Shown one piece after another: positions 20,915 through 30,376 of a stretch of 64,000 bases of DNA; positions within the stretch are counted from its first letter, which is position 1, and every line of letters starts with the position of its first letter. Both the position numbers and the translations under genes were made by a program. The notes beneath the pieces were generated by a model. It had not been told where the DNA came from and did no database searches. It saw only the letters and a program-made list of their open reading frames with translations. Source of the DNA: Abditibacteriaceae bacterium (GTDB lineage Bacteria > Armatimonadota > Abditibacteriia > Abditibacteriales > Abditibacteriaceae); NCBI GenBank assembly GCA_965277285.1, contig OZ255721.1, positions 3,424,001 through 3,488,000 of the forward strand, given 5' to 3'.

Positions 20915-21226
20915 ATGGAGTTCGACGCATACGAAAGCGATTCCGAAGAAGACTATAATGCGTTCGTGGATTGGCTGAGCGAGTCAACCGTTGAGCAACT
21001 GCGGCAGGCCGGAACCGATACTGAAGCGCAGAAAGTGGCTTTGCGACGCTACTTTCAACTTGGATACAAAGCGCACCTATCGCCCAGCGAACTTTGGGAC
21101 TTTCTGGCAATTGATAGCGGTTGTGTTTTGGAAAGCGTTTGTTCTTCGGAAGAGGAAATTGAACGTGCCGTTGAGCTATCTCAAATAATCTCGCAACAAG
21201 TTATCAGAGATTTGGAAGAAACTTAA
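20915..21226 (+). CDS. Small acidic hypothetical protein
   Basis: AGGAG RBS, 103-aa ORF with atypical codon usage. Confidence 0.65.
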   Translation: MEFDAYESDSEEDYNAFVDWLSESTVEQLRQAGTDTEAQKVALRRYFQLGYKAHLSPSELWDFLAIDSGCVLESVCSSEEEIERAVELSQIISQQVIRDLEET

Positions 21227-21273
21227 ATGTTCAAAGAAGAGCGTTTTACCACACTTTCGAGTACTCGAATGCG

Positions 21274-22293
21274 TTATTGCGCGGCTAAAACGCGATTTTT
21301 CTGGTGTTCCTCGAAAGTTGTGGCGAACAAGTGACGGTGAAGTTTGGGCGCCATCACGTAATAGTAAAACTTGGAAGCGCTCGGTTGCAGCGCGGCCAGC
21401 AGCGAACTTTTGCCCGGATTGCAAATCGGCGCTGGCGGCAAACCGGCGTGGCGATACGTGTTGTAAGGCGAATCGAGCCACAAATCCTTTAGCGTCAGTT
21501 TTTCTTTGTGCCCTTGCGGCAATTTGTTTTGCGCGGCCTGCATTTCCAGGATGTATTGAACACTCGCGTCGCATTGCAGGCGCATCTTTTTTTGCAGGCG
21601 ATTGAGCAAAACACCGGCGATGATCGGGCGTTCGGTCGGGTCGCCGCTTTCGCGCTCGACGAGCGACGCCAAAGTCACGATTTCGAGTTGCGAAAGTGGC
21701 TTTCCATTGGCGCCGCGTGGCAGATTCTTTTGCGCCAGAGGAAATCCTTTCATTACGGTTTCAAAACGCTTGTTGAGCGTATCGATGATTTGTTGCGCTG
21801 CGCCGTGACGTGGAAAATCATAGGTTTCGGGGAACAGACGACCTTCCCACGGCGAAACGTCCTTGCCAGGCGGATAAACGAGATTGCGAAAATCGTCGGC
21901 GTGGACAAAGCCATTGGCGGCCAGGCGCGCCGCCATTTTTGCGCCCGTCCAGCCTTCGGGAAAAGTGATTTTTGTGTAATCGGGCGTTTGGCTGAAAATC
22001 TTCGCCAGGTCGCGCGGCCCGGCCATCTTCGGCAGGGCATAACCGCCAGAAGCGACTTTTTTGAGTCCGATTTCGCGCGCCGCTTGAATAAAAGCATCCG
22101 TGTCGCGCAACTTGCCCGAACGTTGCAGCAGGTCGGCCAGCTTTTCGGGCGATTGCGGTTGCAGCACGCGCGCCATGCGGTCGGGCATCACAATCGCTTC
22201 CCATTTGCGCTGCACTTCGCGTTGCTGCCAATACTTCCAGCCGCCAAAACCCGCTGCGCCAACAATCAGTAAAAAGATGAGAAAACCTTTCAT
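21274..22293 (-). CDS. mltG: Endolytic transglycosylase MltG
   Basis: N-terminal TM, ITFPEG, EGRLFPETY, LASLVERE, LQCDASVQY and SPYNTYRHAGLPPAPICNPG. Confidence 0.95.
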   Translation of the reverse strand: MKGFLIFLLIVGAAGFGGWKYWQQREVQRKWEAIVMPDRMARVLQPQSPEKLADLLQRSGKLRDTDAFIQAAREIGLKKVASGGYALPKMAGPRDLAKIFSQTPDYTKITFPEGWTGAKMAARLAANGFVHADDFRNLVYPPGKDVSPWEGRLFPETYDFPRHGAAQQIIDTLNKRFETVMKGFPLAQKNLPRGANGKPLSQLEIVTLASLVERESGDPTERPIIAGVLLNRLQKKMRLQCDASVQYILEMQAAQNKLPQGHKEKLTLKDLWLDSPYNTYRHAGLPPAPICNPGKSSLLAALQPSASKFYYYVMAPKLHRHLFATTFEEHQKNRVLAAQ

Positions 22294-22303
22294 CGAAAAC
22301 CTT

Positions 22304-22840
22304 TTAAAACAAATCCGTAATTTCGGCTTTGGGCGTTTGCTGCGGCGCATCAACGCGCGAATCGAGTACTCGATCGGGTGCATGGCCTTCGCTGACGGCG
22401 CGGCGAGCATCCAGAAAACCTTGCAAAATCACGGCAGCGGCGCGCGCGTCAATCGATTGCGCGCCCAAATCTTCGCGCCCGCGCTTTTGCGAAATGCCCA
22501 GCACCTTCATTTGATTGGAAGCCTCACTCGTCGAAAAACGCTCGTCCTGCCACGCGATTTCAATCGTTGAACCGCTTTCGCGCAAAGCTTTTTGTAATGC
22601 ATCGGCAAAGGCGCGCGCCGCGTTTTCGCTGTCGCCGGTTTCGCTCGCTTTGACGGAGCGCGGCAAGCCAAAAACAACGCCTTCGATGTTCAAGCCGCGC
22701 ACCGTTTGCAACAACGATTGCAAATCGGCCTTGAGGTTTTGCCGGAGCAGAACGCCGTGCGACGACGCAATAGTTTCGCTTTCGTCGCAAACCGCCAAAC
22801 CCAGGCGACGTGTTCCATAATCAATCGCTAAATAACGCAT
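22304..22840 (-). CDS. ruvX: YqgF/RuvX pre-16S rRNA nuclease
   Basis: LAIDYGTRRLGLA, VFGLP, DERFST and IDARAAAVILQGFLD; upstream of mltG. Confidence 0.95.
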   Translation of the reverse strand: MRYLAIDYGTRRLGLAVCDESETIASSHGVLLRQNLKADLQSLLQTVRGLNIEGVVFGLPRSVKASETGDSENAARAFADALQKALRESGSTIEIAWQDERFSTSEASNQMKVLGISQKRGREDLGAQSIDARAAAVILQGFLDARRAVSEGHAPDRVLDSRVDAPQQTPKAEITDLF

Positions 22841-23066
22841 AAGAAACCAGAAACGACTGACGAAAAACGCGCCTGACGAACAAATCCGGCGCGAGAAATT
22901 GCAGGCAATAAGTAAACGCGGCGCCTTTATTGTAGCAATTTCCTCGTTCCATCGCCGTTCATCTGGCGCGATACGACCGAACCTTGCAATTCCGAAATCT
23001 TTGAATGCTTCTCAAATTAAAGACGCGATTTCACATGTTTGCCCAAAAGACACTTTCGTCGTCACA

Positions 23067-23357
23067 ATGCCAAACAGGAAAATAACACCGTTGCAGACTG
23101 CGATTTTAATTGCATTGAAAGAAGTTGCTGCGAAGGTGCAGACTTCTCAAGTGATGTATTGCACGGAGTACAGCGGCTACCTTCGGTTTCCGGTCGCTAC
23201 TTGGATCGAAGCCGCTGAAAAATATGTGGGCGCGAGTTTGCCGTCAGCTTGGAGCGACGAGGACTTGAAAGTTCTTGGCAGGTCAGGTTTCTGGGCAAAG
23301 TCAGCGAACGGACAAATCCACACAAGACGTTTGATTCGAGAACGACTTACACCGTGA
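23067..23357 (+). CDS. Small hypothetical protein, possibly frameshifted
   Basis: Protein-like ORF from ATG 23067 in an AT-richer patch; no family recognised. Confidence 0.35.
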   Translation: MPNRKITPLQTAILIALKEVAAKVQTSQVMYCTEYSGYLRFPVATWIEAAEKYVGASLPSAWSDEDLKVLGRSGFWAKSANGQIHTRRLIRERLTP

Positions 23358-23438
23358 TCTCTTCGGGAAGAACCAGGAAAAGTGCGAAGGCGCTCAATGA
23401 TTGGGCGATGCACGCTTTGAATTGTTAAACTGCGGACG

Positions 23439-24197
23439 ATGAAACCGCTTTTGCGCTGGCCAGGTTTTTTTCGCAAAAACGAACGCGCTTCAGCTTCCAA
23501 AGCGTCGCCCGCGTCCGCGTCATCATCCGCGTCGCCAGCCGCAACTTTTCGCTCGAACTCGACAACAGCAGCTTCGCCGACTAATAATTCTTCGCCTCAA
23601 CTCGCAACCTCGCAGCCTGCCATAACGAACGCTTCCACCTCGCAATCGAGTACTCGATTGGCGTCGTCGGGCGCGGTTTTAGAAGCGATTGGCGGCGTGC
23701 GCAAATTGCCGCGTCCCGCCTTACGCTGGGTCGGCAGCGGCGGGCGAACGGCTTTGCGCGAGTTCGATTTCGCTGCCGATGCGGACGAAGTTTGCGCCTG
23801 GCAGAAAGAAACTTACACGCTCAACTTCCCCGATTTTCGTTATACCGATAGTTTCGCCTCCGCTTTTCGCCACGATTTGCGCCGCGCCGCGCTCGATCCT
23901 CACCACGGCATTTTCGTCCTTGATGAAGGCGAACTCGTCGGTTTCCTGTGGCTCGTCATCTGCGAAAACACTTGGACGGGCGAACGCTATGGTTACGTCA
24001 ACAACCTTTATCTCGCGCCACAACGACGCGGCCATGGACTTTCGCGCGAACTGATGCTGCACGCCGAAAAATGGTTCCGCGAAGGTCGCATTAAACGCGC
24101 TCGCTTAACAGTCACCACTTCCAATGCCGCCGCCTGCAAACTTTACGAAAACTGCGGCTACGAAACGACGCGCTGGGAAATGGAAAAAGAACTGTAG
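23439..24197 (+). CDS. GNAT acetyltransferase with an S/A-rich N-terminal extension
   Basis: LYLAPQRRGHGLSRELM and NAAACKLYENCGY. Confidence 0.9.
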   Translation: MKPLLRWPGFFRKNERASASKASPASASSSASPAATFRSNSTTAASPTNNSSPQLATSQPAITNASTSQSSTRLASSGAVLEAIGGVRKLPRPALRWVGSGGRTALREFDFAADADEVCAWQKETYTLNFPDFRYTDSFASAFRHDLRRAALDPHHGIFVLDEGELVGFLWLVICENTWTGERYGYVNNLYLAPQRRGHGLSRELMLHAEKWFREGRIKRARLTVTTSNAAACKLYENCGYETTRWEMEKEL

Positions 24198-24299
24198 CGC
24201 ATTTTTCATAAACGTTTGTTTCCCTGCTTGCTCTGTGGCGTAAACCGATGAACTTTGGGCTAATAAATCAATGGCAAAAGCGGTGCATAATTAGGGATT

Positions 24300-25100
24300 A
24301 TGAATTTTTCGACCGCTCCATGTTGGCGTAGATTGCCTTTTAGCCGTAAGTTTCCTTCTTCTCGCGCGGCGTTTACTTTGATCGAGTTGCTGGTTGTGAT
24401 CGCCATTATTGCGATTTTGGCCGCTATTTTGTTTCCGGCTTTTGCTAAAGCCCGCGAAAGTGCGCGCCGCGCGAGTTGCTCCAGCAACATGAAGCAACTC
24501 GGTCTCGCGTTGATGCAATACACCCAGGAATATGATGAACGCTATCCGGCGGGATTGCCCACGACCATCCAGCGCAAAGGTATCGGTTGGGCTGGCGAGA
24601 TTTATCCTTATGTGAAATCGACCCAAGTCTACGCTTGTCCCAGTGCTACCAACGGTGGCACGTCGACCGCTGCCGGAGCCAGTTCCATTAGCTATGCGCT
24701 AAACACTTTCATCGCCGACCATTCGCTGGCCTCTATCGACGATACGGCTCGTTATGTCATGCTATCGGAAACCGATAACAAGATGAGCGTCTTTTTAAGT
24801 CGGCCCGATGAAGCTGGTGGATACAAATCGCCTGCAGATTTTGGATCTGATCTCGTGACCCAAACTGATACTGCTGTAGACGAATGTTGTTTTGCTTCCC
24901 CTTCTTACTTAATACAGGCAACCGGTAAATACCTGGATATGACCGGCAGCACGAACGCAAGCGCAGATAATAAGCCTCGCCACTTCGACGGCGCGAACTT
25001 CTTACTGGCCGATGGTCATGTGAAATTCTATCGTGGTGCCAGCGTCACCATGTCTGCGGCCAATGCCTCGCAAGGCGCGATTAGTTACTTCCGGCCTTAA
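24300..25100 (+). CDS. DUF1559-type prepilin (N-terminal methylation site and H-X9-DG motif)
   Basis: [54 protein letters not shown] and [16 protein letters not shown]. Confidence 0.92.
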   Translation: MNFSTAPCWRRLPFSRKFPSSRAAFTLIELLVVIAIIAILAAILFPAFAKARESARRASCSSNMKQLGLALMQYTQEYDERYPAGLPTTIQRKGIGWAGEIYPYVKSTQVYACPSATNGGTSTAAGASSISYALNTFIADHSLASIDDTARYVMLSETDNKMSVFLSRPDEAGGYKSPADFGSDLVTQTDTAVDECCFASPSYLIQATGKYLDMTGSTNASADNKPRHFDGANFLLADGHVKFYRGASVTMSAANASQGAISYFRP

Positions 25101-25143
25101 TAGAAGTCAGTGCGCCTACTGTCGCCTGTCCACTCCACGCATC

Positions 25144-25182
25144 AAAGCGCACCTATCGAGTACTCGATTTAGGCGCGCTTTT
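25144..25182. terminator. Hairpin centred on the 12-bp palindrome, between convergent genes
   Basis: aaagcgcacctaTCGAGTACTCGAtttaggcgcgctttt. Confidence 0.65.
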
Positions 25183-25315
25183 GTACTTTTGTTTGTGTCA
25201 GTTGTGCGCCCAGTCGATCTGGACGAACGCGCTACCGCTGCCCGAATCGGAACGAAGCTGCAAAGTCTTTCGCCCAAAATGCGCGCCGAACTTGCGCCTT
25301 TCTCAAAGGTCGGGT

Positions 25316-25840
25316 TTATCGTGTTATGTTGTCGCGCTTGGGTTCTATGAATCGCTTGATGAGTGCCGCACACGCTTCAGCGCTTTGTTTGTGGGTGTCA
25401 ACTTCAATATCGTATGGCAAAAAGTTGTGCGCTTCTGAAACTTGACTGCGCGCAAGGCCAATAATGCGATCACCTCTTGCCAACTCTCGCCTTTCCAACT
25501 CCTCAATCGGACATCTTACCGCGACATACACGACCTCAAAGGATTCAAACAAAGGCTTGAAGAGCTGCGCACCATTCTCGTGAGCAATGGTGTCCACTAT
25601 GACTTTATTACCGCAGCTAACCAAAGCGGCTATACAGCGATAAAACCCCTCGAAGAGCTTAGGAGTGGCAGCGGAACAAAGTTCTTGATCCTGCAATTTA
25701 CTTTCAGGAAACATGCTTGCAAATGCGTCCAGAGAAACATGAAGGTAGGCAGGCTCCAGTTGATGTTGCAGCGCTTTGGAGAGCGTCGTTTTGCCTGAAC
25801 TTGATGTTCCATATAAGAAAATAATGTCGGGCATTTGCAT
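25316..25840 (-). CDS. Chloramphenicol phosphotransferase-like P-loop kinase
   Basis: LYGTSSSGKTT, LERRELARGDR..GLARSQ and YDIEVDT. Confidence 0.85.
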   Translation of the reverse strand: MQMPDIIFLYGTSSSGKTTLSKALQHQLEPAYLHVSLDAFASMFPESKLQDQELCSAATPKLFEGFYRCIAALVSCGNKVIVDTIAHENGAQLFKPLFESFEVVYVAVRCPIEELERRELARGDRIIGLARSQVSEAHNFLPYDIEVDTHKQSAEACAALIKRFIEPKRDNITR

Positions 25841-26090
25841 GTTCTGGATTATTGTACATCCTCGAGCCGCGAACAGACAAAACGGGACCGCGAGTGATCG
25901 ATGAGTCCTCGCTGTTGTGTTGTGCTAAAATGGCGCGCTTGACGCACGAATCGAAAATGACTACAGCCGAAATACATTGGCGCTTGGAAGGGTTTTTACT
26001 TTATCTCACTTAAACTTGTCAAATCGAGTACTCGATTGGGTCGTTGTGCCTGCTATACCGCGTTTGGAATTGCAGTGTAATGCCAAACGC

Positions 26091-26126
26091 AAAAAGCGAG
26101 CGTTCATGGAATTGAACGCTCGCTTT
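26091..26126 (-). terminator. Intrinsic terminator after the ECF sigma gene
   Basis: Stem aaagcgagcgttca/tgaacgctcgcttt with a U-run on the minus strand. Confidence 0.75.
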
Positions 26127-26154
26127 CATTGTGTTTGGACTATTTACCGAAACC

Positions 26155-27117
26155 CTACACCGTGATGTAGCTTTTGAGTTTGCGGTGAAGTTGGTCGCGG
26201 CCTCGCGCCAGGCGGCTTTTGACGGTGCCAGTCGGGACTTTCAAGATATTGGCGATGTCGTTGACTTCCATGCCTTGAAAGTGGTGCATCACGATGACGG
26301 CTTTGTGGTCGGTCGAGAGCGTTTGCACAGCTTGACGCACGCGGGTTTGCAGTTCGTCATTGGCCAGCGTTTCTTCTGGAAGTTTGCCCTGATCGGGAAA
26401 ATCCATCGGTTCGACATCGCCTTCGCTGTCGGCGCGCGGCGTGTCCATGCTTTGAAAACGAACGCGCTTTTTACGGCGCGCGCGGTCACGGCACAAGTTG
26501 AGCGCGATACGATACAGATACGTAGAAAACGCTTCGTCGGCGCGCAGTGTTGGTAAAGCGTCATGCAAACGCATAAAGACATCTTGCGTCACGTCCTGCG
26601 CGTCGTCCGGGTCGCTCAACATTCCATAAACCGCGTTGTAAATGCGGCGATGGTAAAGCTGATAAATTTCTTCAAAGGCTTTTTTGTCGCCTTCTTTGGC
26701 GCGTTGTAAGGTCTGCAAAAACTGCGCGCGCGCCGGATCCATCGGAATCGGCGTCGCTTCGCTTTCTTCGCTTTCAATTTCTTCCGCGTTGAAACCTGCA
26801 TCGGCACCTTCAGCGATAATGCCTTCTGACACACCAAGACCGTTGCCATCTAACGCAGCACCGCTCAACCCATTACCATCGAGCGAAGGCGCGCCAGAAG
26901 TTGGTGTCGTCGCATCCATTGATAAGGTCGAAGCCGAAGAAATTGAAGGGATGTCGCTTTGAGTACTCGAAGTCACACTTGAGCGATGATTCCGGCGCGT
27001 GTGCGTTGATTTTTCAACAGAGTTTGCGCTTTGGCTGGCGCTATCGTCAGGTGTTACGGAAAACGTCCGGCGCGCGATGGCGGACAAGGCGTTTGCAGGA
27101 GAAACGGCGGGGAACAT
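26155..27117 (-). CDS. ECF sigma-70 factor with a long N-terminal extension
   Basis: Region 2 (DAQDVTQDVFMR, FSTYLYRIALN) and region 4 (IANILKVPTGTVKSRLARGR). Start uncertain. Confidence 0.92.
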   Translation of the reverse strand: MFPAVSPANALSAIARRTFSVTPDDSASQSANSVEKSTHTRRNHRSSVTSSTQSDIPSISSASTLSMDATTPTSGAPSLDGNGLSGAALDGNGLGVSEGIIAEGADAGFNAEEIESEESEATPIPMDPARAQFLQTLQRAKEGDKKAFEEIYQLYHRRIYNAVYGMLSDPDDAQDVTQDVFMRLHDALPTLRADEAFSTYLYRIALNLCRDRARRKKRVRFQSMDTPRADSEGDVEPMDFPDQGKLPEETLANDELQTRVRQAVQTLSTDHKAVIVMHHFQGMEVNDIANILKVPTGTVKSRLARGRDQLHRKLKSYITV

Positions 27118-27309
27118 CGTTGGTTTTTCTTTCAGCGAACAAATGCACACGGGCGTCACCCGCCTTTGATAAATAAGTCTGATAACGGCTTTGGGAAATG
27201 ATTAAACGATCGACGGGCAATTAAGTTGCGCGTGTCAAGAGCGGTTCGCGTGCCGAGAATGGAAATCCTGCGTTGCCGCAAGACAAACTCCAGGCAACAA
27301 AAAAATGCT

Positions 27310-27579
27310 TCAACTTTTCGACTTCTTCAAGTCTTCGATGGTGCGCTCAATGTCTTCTATTTTGTTTTCGCACGAGGCAATCAGTTCTTCGACGCGCTCG
27401 AACGGTGTGGTTTCCAGCATTTTTAAGGCGCGTGCGCGACCACGCCACCAATACGCCGAAGCCGCCGCGCCCAGCACAATGCCCGCTGCTACCGCGCCGT
27501 AAATCAACTGGTGGTGACTTTCTTCGCCGTTCGAGTACTCGAATCGCGTTCCGCCTGCCGTTTGCATCTTTCTGCTCAT
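27310..27579 (-). CDS. Small membrane-anchored coiled-coil protein
   Basis: One TM (LIYGAVAAGIVLGAAASAYW) and a C-terminal heptad helix. Confidence 0.65.
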   Translation of the reverse strand: MSRKMQTAGGTRFEYSNGEESHHQLIYGAVAAGIVLGAAASAYWWRGRARALKMLETTPFERVEELIASCENKIEDIERTIEDLKKSKS

Positions 27580-27670
27580 GGACACTTCGTTACCTTTGAA
27601 TTCGTGTTTATGCTGCCGATTTCAACCGACTTCAAGCACCGCTGAGGAGCGAACTTCATTGAAGCAAAAT

Positions 27671-28132
27671 TTAAACTGGTGGCAGTCCGTCGTGAATGTC
27701 GTCCAAGTCGTCAATGCTGTAGCTGTTGCTTTCGTCCAAATGATAAGAACTGTCGTCTTTTTCTTTGTCCTGCAAAATGCGCTTGACAAAAGTCAGCAGT
27801 TCCTGAGGATTAAAAGGTTTGGTCAAATAAAGATCGGCGCCGCTTTTCCAACCTTGGAAAACATCGGCGTCCTGCGCTTTAGCAGTCAGCATGATGACGG
27901 GGATCTGCGAAGTTTTTTCGCCCGCCTTCATAATTTGCAGCGCCTCGAAACCGCCCATTTCTGGCATCATCACGTCCATGATAACCAAGTCAGGGTTTTC
28001 ACGCTCGACTTGCTCCAAAGCTTCGCGCCCTGTGCTGGCCGTCACGACTTCGTAACCTTCTTTTTGCAAATTGATCTGCACCAAACGTACGATATGCTTT
28101 TCGTCGTCTACGGCCAGAATTTTGTGAGCCAT
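27671..28132 (-). CDS. Single-domain response regulator with an acidic tail
   Basis: ILAVDDE, IMDVMMP, MLTAK and YLTKPF. Confidence 0.93.
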   Translation of the reverse strand: MAHKILAVDDEKHIVRLVQINLQKEGYEVVTASTGREALEQVERENPDLVIMDVMMPEMGGFEALQIMKAGEKTSQIPVIMLTAKAQDADVFQGWKSGADLYLTKPFNPQELLTFVKRILQDKEKDDSSYHLDESNSYSIDDLDDIHDGLPPV

Positions 28133-28269
28133 CGTTTTTCCTTGAATCCCGTTTCGCTACTTCAATTGATCGAAAAGCCGGCCCGATCTTTGGTTTGAGT
28201 ACTCGAAATTACGAATGAGACGATTCTATATTATAACGCATCGCGCACGCTTTCCTTTCGCTTTTGCAA

Positions 28270-29124
28270 TTATTCAACCTCAATGCGTGATTTGTCGCCT
28301 GAAAAATCATGGCAATACGTATTCCAACTTTCGCTGTAATACTTTTCTTTGCACAAAAAATCGGCCAGTTCCGTTTCCTGCGAAGTCATAACACTCGGCT
28401 GCAAAATTGTTTTCCAGGTGCGTTCCACGCCTTGGCGCAAAGCAACGATGATGTCTGCGCGCAACGCCTGAACGCCCAATGATTTCAAGGTGACGATTTG
28501 TGACATCGAGCCGCCAGCGCGTTTTTTCCAAGCGTCTTCATCGACATCAATCAACAACGAACCGTGTTGCAAAATCGCGCCGTTTTTGCGACATTGCGCG
28601 GCGCCCAAAAGTTTGCGCCCATCGACCACGAAATCAGCGCGCGTCGCCAAATCAAAGCAATTCGACGAAACATTCTGGCGAACTCGAGTACTCGATTGTG
28701 CTGAACTTGAACGCTGCTCGCTTGAACGCTGCTCGCCGGACGGCGCGATTTGCGCTTGAATTCCCAAAAGCCGCAGGCCTTCGAGAAAACCTTCGCTGAT
28801 GCAGCGATAAGACGCGGCAATAGAACGTTCGTCGGGCCGCAAAAGTTCCTCGCGCAAAACCAGGCTGTACGTGATTTCCTGATCGTGCCAAACGGCGCGC
28901 CCGCCTGTGGGACGCCGCACCCAATCAACGCCGATGGCGCCGCGCAATTCCGTGGAAAGCTCTTCCACTTTCTGGAAACGTCCCAGCGAAAGGCACGCTG
29001 GCTGCCACGCATAGAAACGCAAAATCGGCGCCTCGCTCGCTTTCATGTTGCACAAAAGCGATTCATCTGTCGCCATATTGCGCGCGCCATTCGCAGCGGT
29101 TTCGTTTATCAATCGCCAATTCAC
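28270..29124 (-). CDS. Lipoate-protein ligase A / LipM-family octanoyltransferase
   Basis: NMATDESLL, LRFYAW, VRRPTGGRAVWHD and GRKLLGAAQ..LQHGSL. Probable GTG start at 29124. Confidence 0.88.
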   Translation of the reverse strand: MNWRLINETAANGARNMATDESLLCNMKASEAPILRFYAWQPACLSLGRFQKVEELSTELRGAIGVDWVRRPTGGRAVWHDQEITYSLVLREELLRPDERSIAASYRCISEGFLEGLRLLGIQAQIAPSGEQRSSEQRSSSAQSSTRVRQNVSSNCFDLATRADFVVDGRKLLGAAQCRKNGAILQHGSLLIDVDEDAWKKRAGGSMSQIVTLKSLGVQALRADIIVALRQGVERTWKTILQPSVMTSQETELADFLCKEKYYSESWNTYCHDFSGDKSRIEVE

Positions 29125-29320
29125 AAGCGAAGTATAAACGACCGAAGCGCAGAACGTTTCGAGTACTCGAACGCTATAACTCGCGTCAATGTGCGCTCCA
29201 GTACTCAACTTTTACGCGCGCGAAACAAAGCGGAAACCGCTCTCGCTCTATAATGATGCGTTGGCGAATTTGGTGCCGCAACGAGTTGAGACGTAACAAA
29301 GAACAGGCAAAGAAACTTTT

Positions 29321-30277
29321 ATGCGAATCGGCACGATGGACAGCAGTCAACCTTTGGGTTGGCGCAAAAATCAGAAAAATCGCGTCGTCGAACTCAACCA
29401 ACCCGACGCCGCACAATCTTCTCCACGCGACCAGACTACTTCCGCTCAGACTCCTTCCGCAATGGCTTCTTCCGAACTTAACAATTCAAATTCTTCTTTT
29501 CCCGATCCGTCCCGAACGGTTCCGCCCGAAGGTGCGCGCGCTGCCACTCCGCGGGCCACAGGCGGCGTTCCAGGCGCTGGTTCCAGTGGCGCGCGCACAG
29601 TGCAATGGAAAGGGAAAACGCTGAACATGGCGGCGACGCGTCCGGCAGCGAGCGAAGCCAGCAACGACAATGCGGCGCAAAATAGCGACGACATGGCGGC
29701 TCAAAACGCGCAAACGCAGAACATACAAGTTTTGAATGCGAACCTGGCGACGCTGTTGGCCGGCATGGACGAGATGTGCGGCGGCTTGCAGGAAATCTAC
29801 GGCGTTTTGCACAAAGTCAGTGAGCGCGATACGGCGGGCGAACGGGTTTTTAACACGCTGCACGCCGAGCTTTCCGACTACAAAAAAGATTTTATTTACG
29901 AACATCTCAAGCCCGTCGTGCGGCCTTTGCTGTTCCTTTACGACTCGTTGGAACAGTTCGAGGAAGAAATCGAGCCTTTTGATCCCATCGGCGCGCAACC
30001 GACTTCGGTTGAAAGAAGCGGCGTCATGCCGACGCGCTTGGTGCGACAAAACACGATTTATTTCCGCGAACAATTGACTGAAGCGTTGCGTGTTTGCGAA
30101 GTGACGCCGATGGACGATCCCGAAGGCGTGTTTAATGCGCGCTTTCACAAAGCCGTCAAAATCGTGCCGGTGGATGCCGCAGAAGACGGCAAAGTGCAGC
30201 GCGTCGTACGCTCCGGTTGGTTTCTCAACGGTCAATTGCTGCGTCCCGCAGAAGTCGTGGTCGGAAAAAGCAAGTAA
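29321..30277 (+). CDS. GrpE-like nucleotide exchange factor with a long disordered N-terminus
   Basis: Coiled coil, then FNARFHKAV..V.RVVRSGWFLNGQLLRPAEVVVGK, the GrpE C-terminal signature. Confidence 0.82.
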   Translation: MRIGTMDSSQPLGWRKNQKNRVVELNQPDAAQSSPRDQTTSAQTPSAMASSELNNSNSSFPDPSRTVPPEGARAATPRATGGVPGAGSSGARTVQWKGKTLNMAATRPAASEASNDNAAQNSDDMAAQNAQTQNIQVLNANLATLLAGMDEMCGGLQEIYGVLHKVSERDTAGERVFNTLHAELSDYKKDFIYEHLKPVVRPLLFLYDSLEQFEEEIEPFDPIGAQPTSVERSGVMPTRLVRQNTIYFREQLTEALRVCEVTPMDDPEGVFNARFHKAVKIVPVDAAEDGKVQRVVRSGWFLNGQLLRPAEVVVGKSK

Positions 30278-30376
30278 GCGATTCGAGCTTGATGAGTAAT
30301 AGTTAGGAGCCAACATCGAGTACTCGATTGCAGGACATAACACTAACCACTGATCATCGACGAAAGGAGAATAATT

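Noticed and set aside
23067..23430. A frameshift in the small ORF near 23290
   Set aside because: An alternative frame (FLGKVSERTNPHKTFD..) looks protein-like, but I cannot support it without homologs.
25316..25840. A chloramphenicol resistance gene
   Set aside because: Only family-level motifs are visible; the substrate cannot be inferred.
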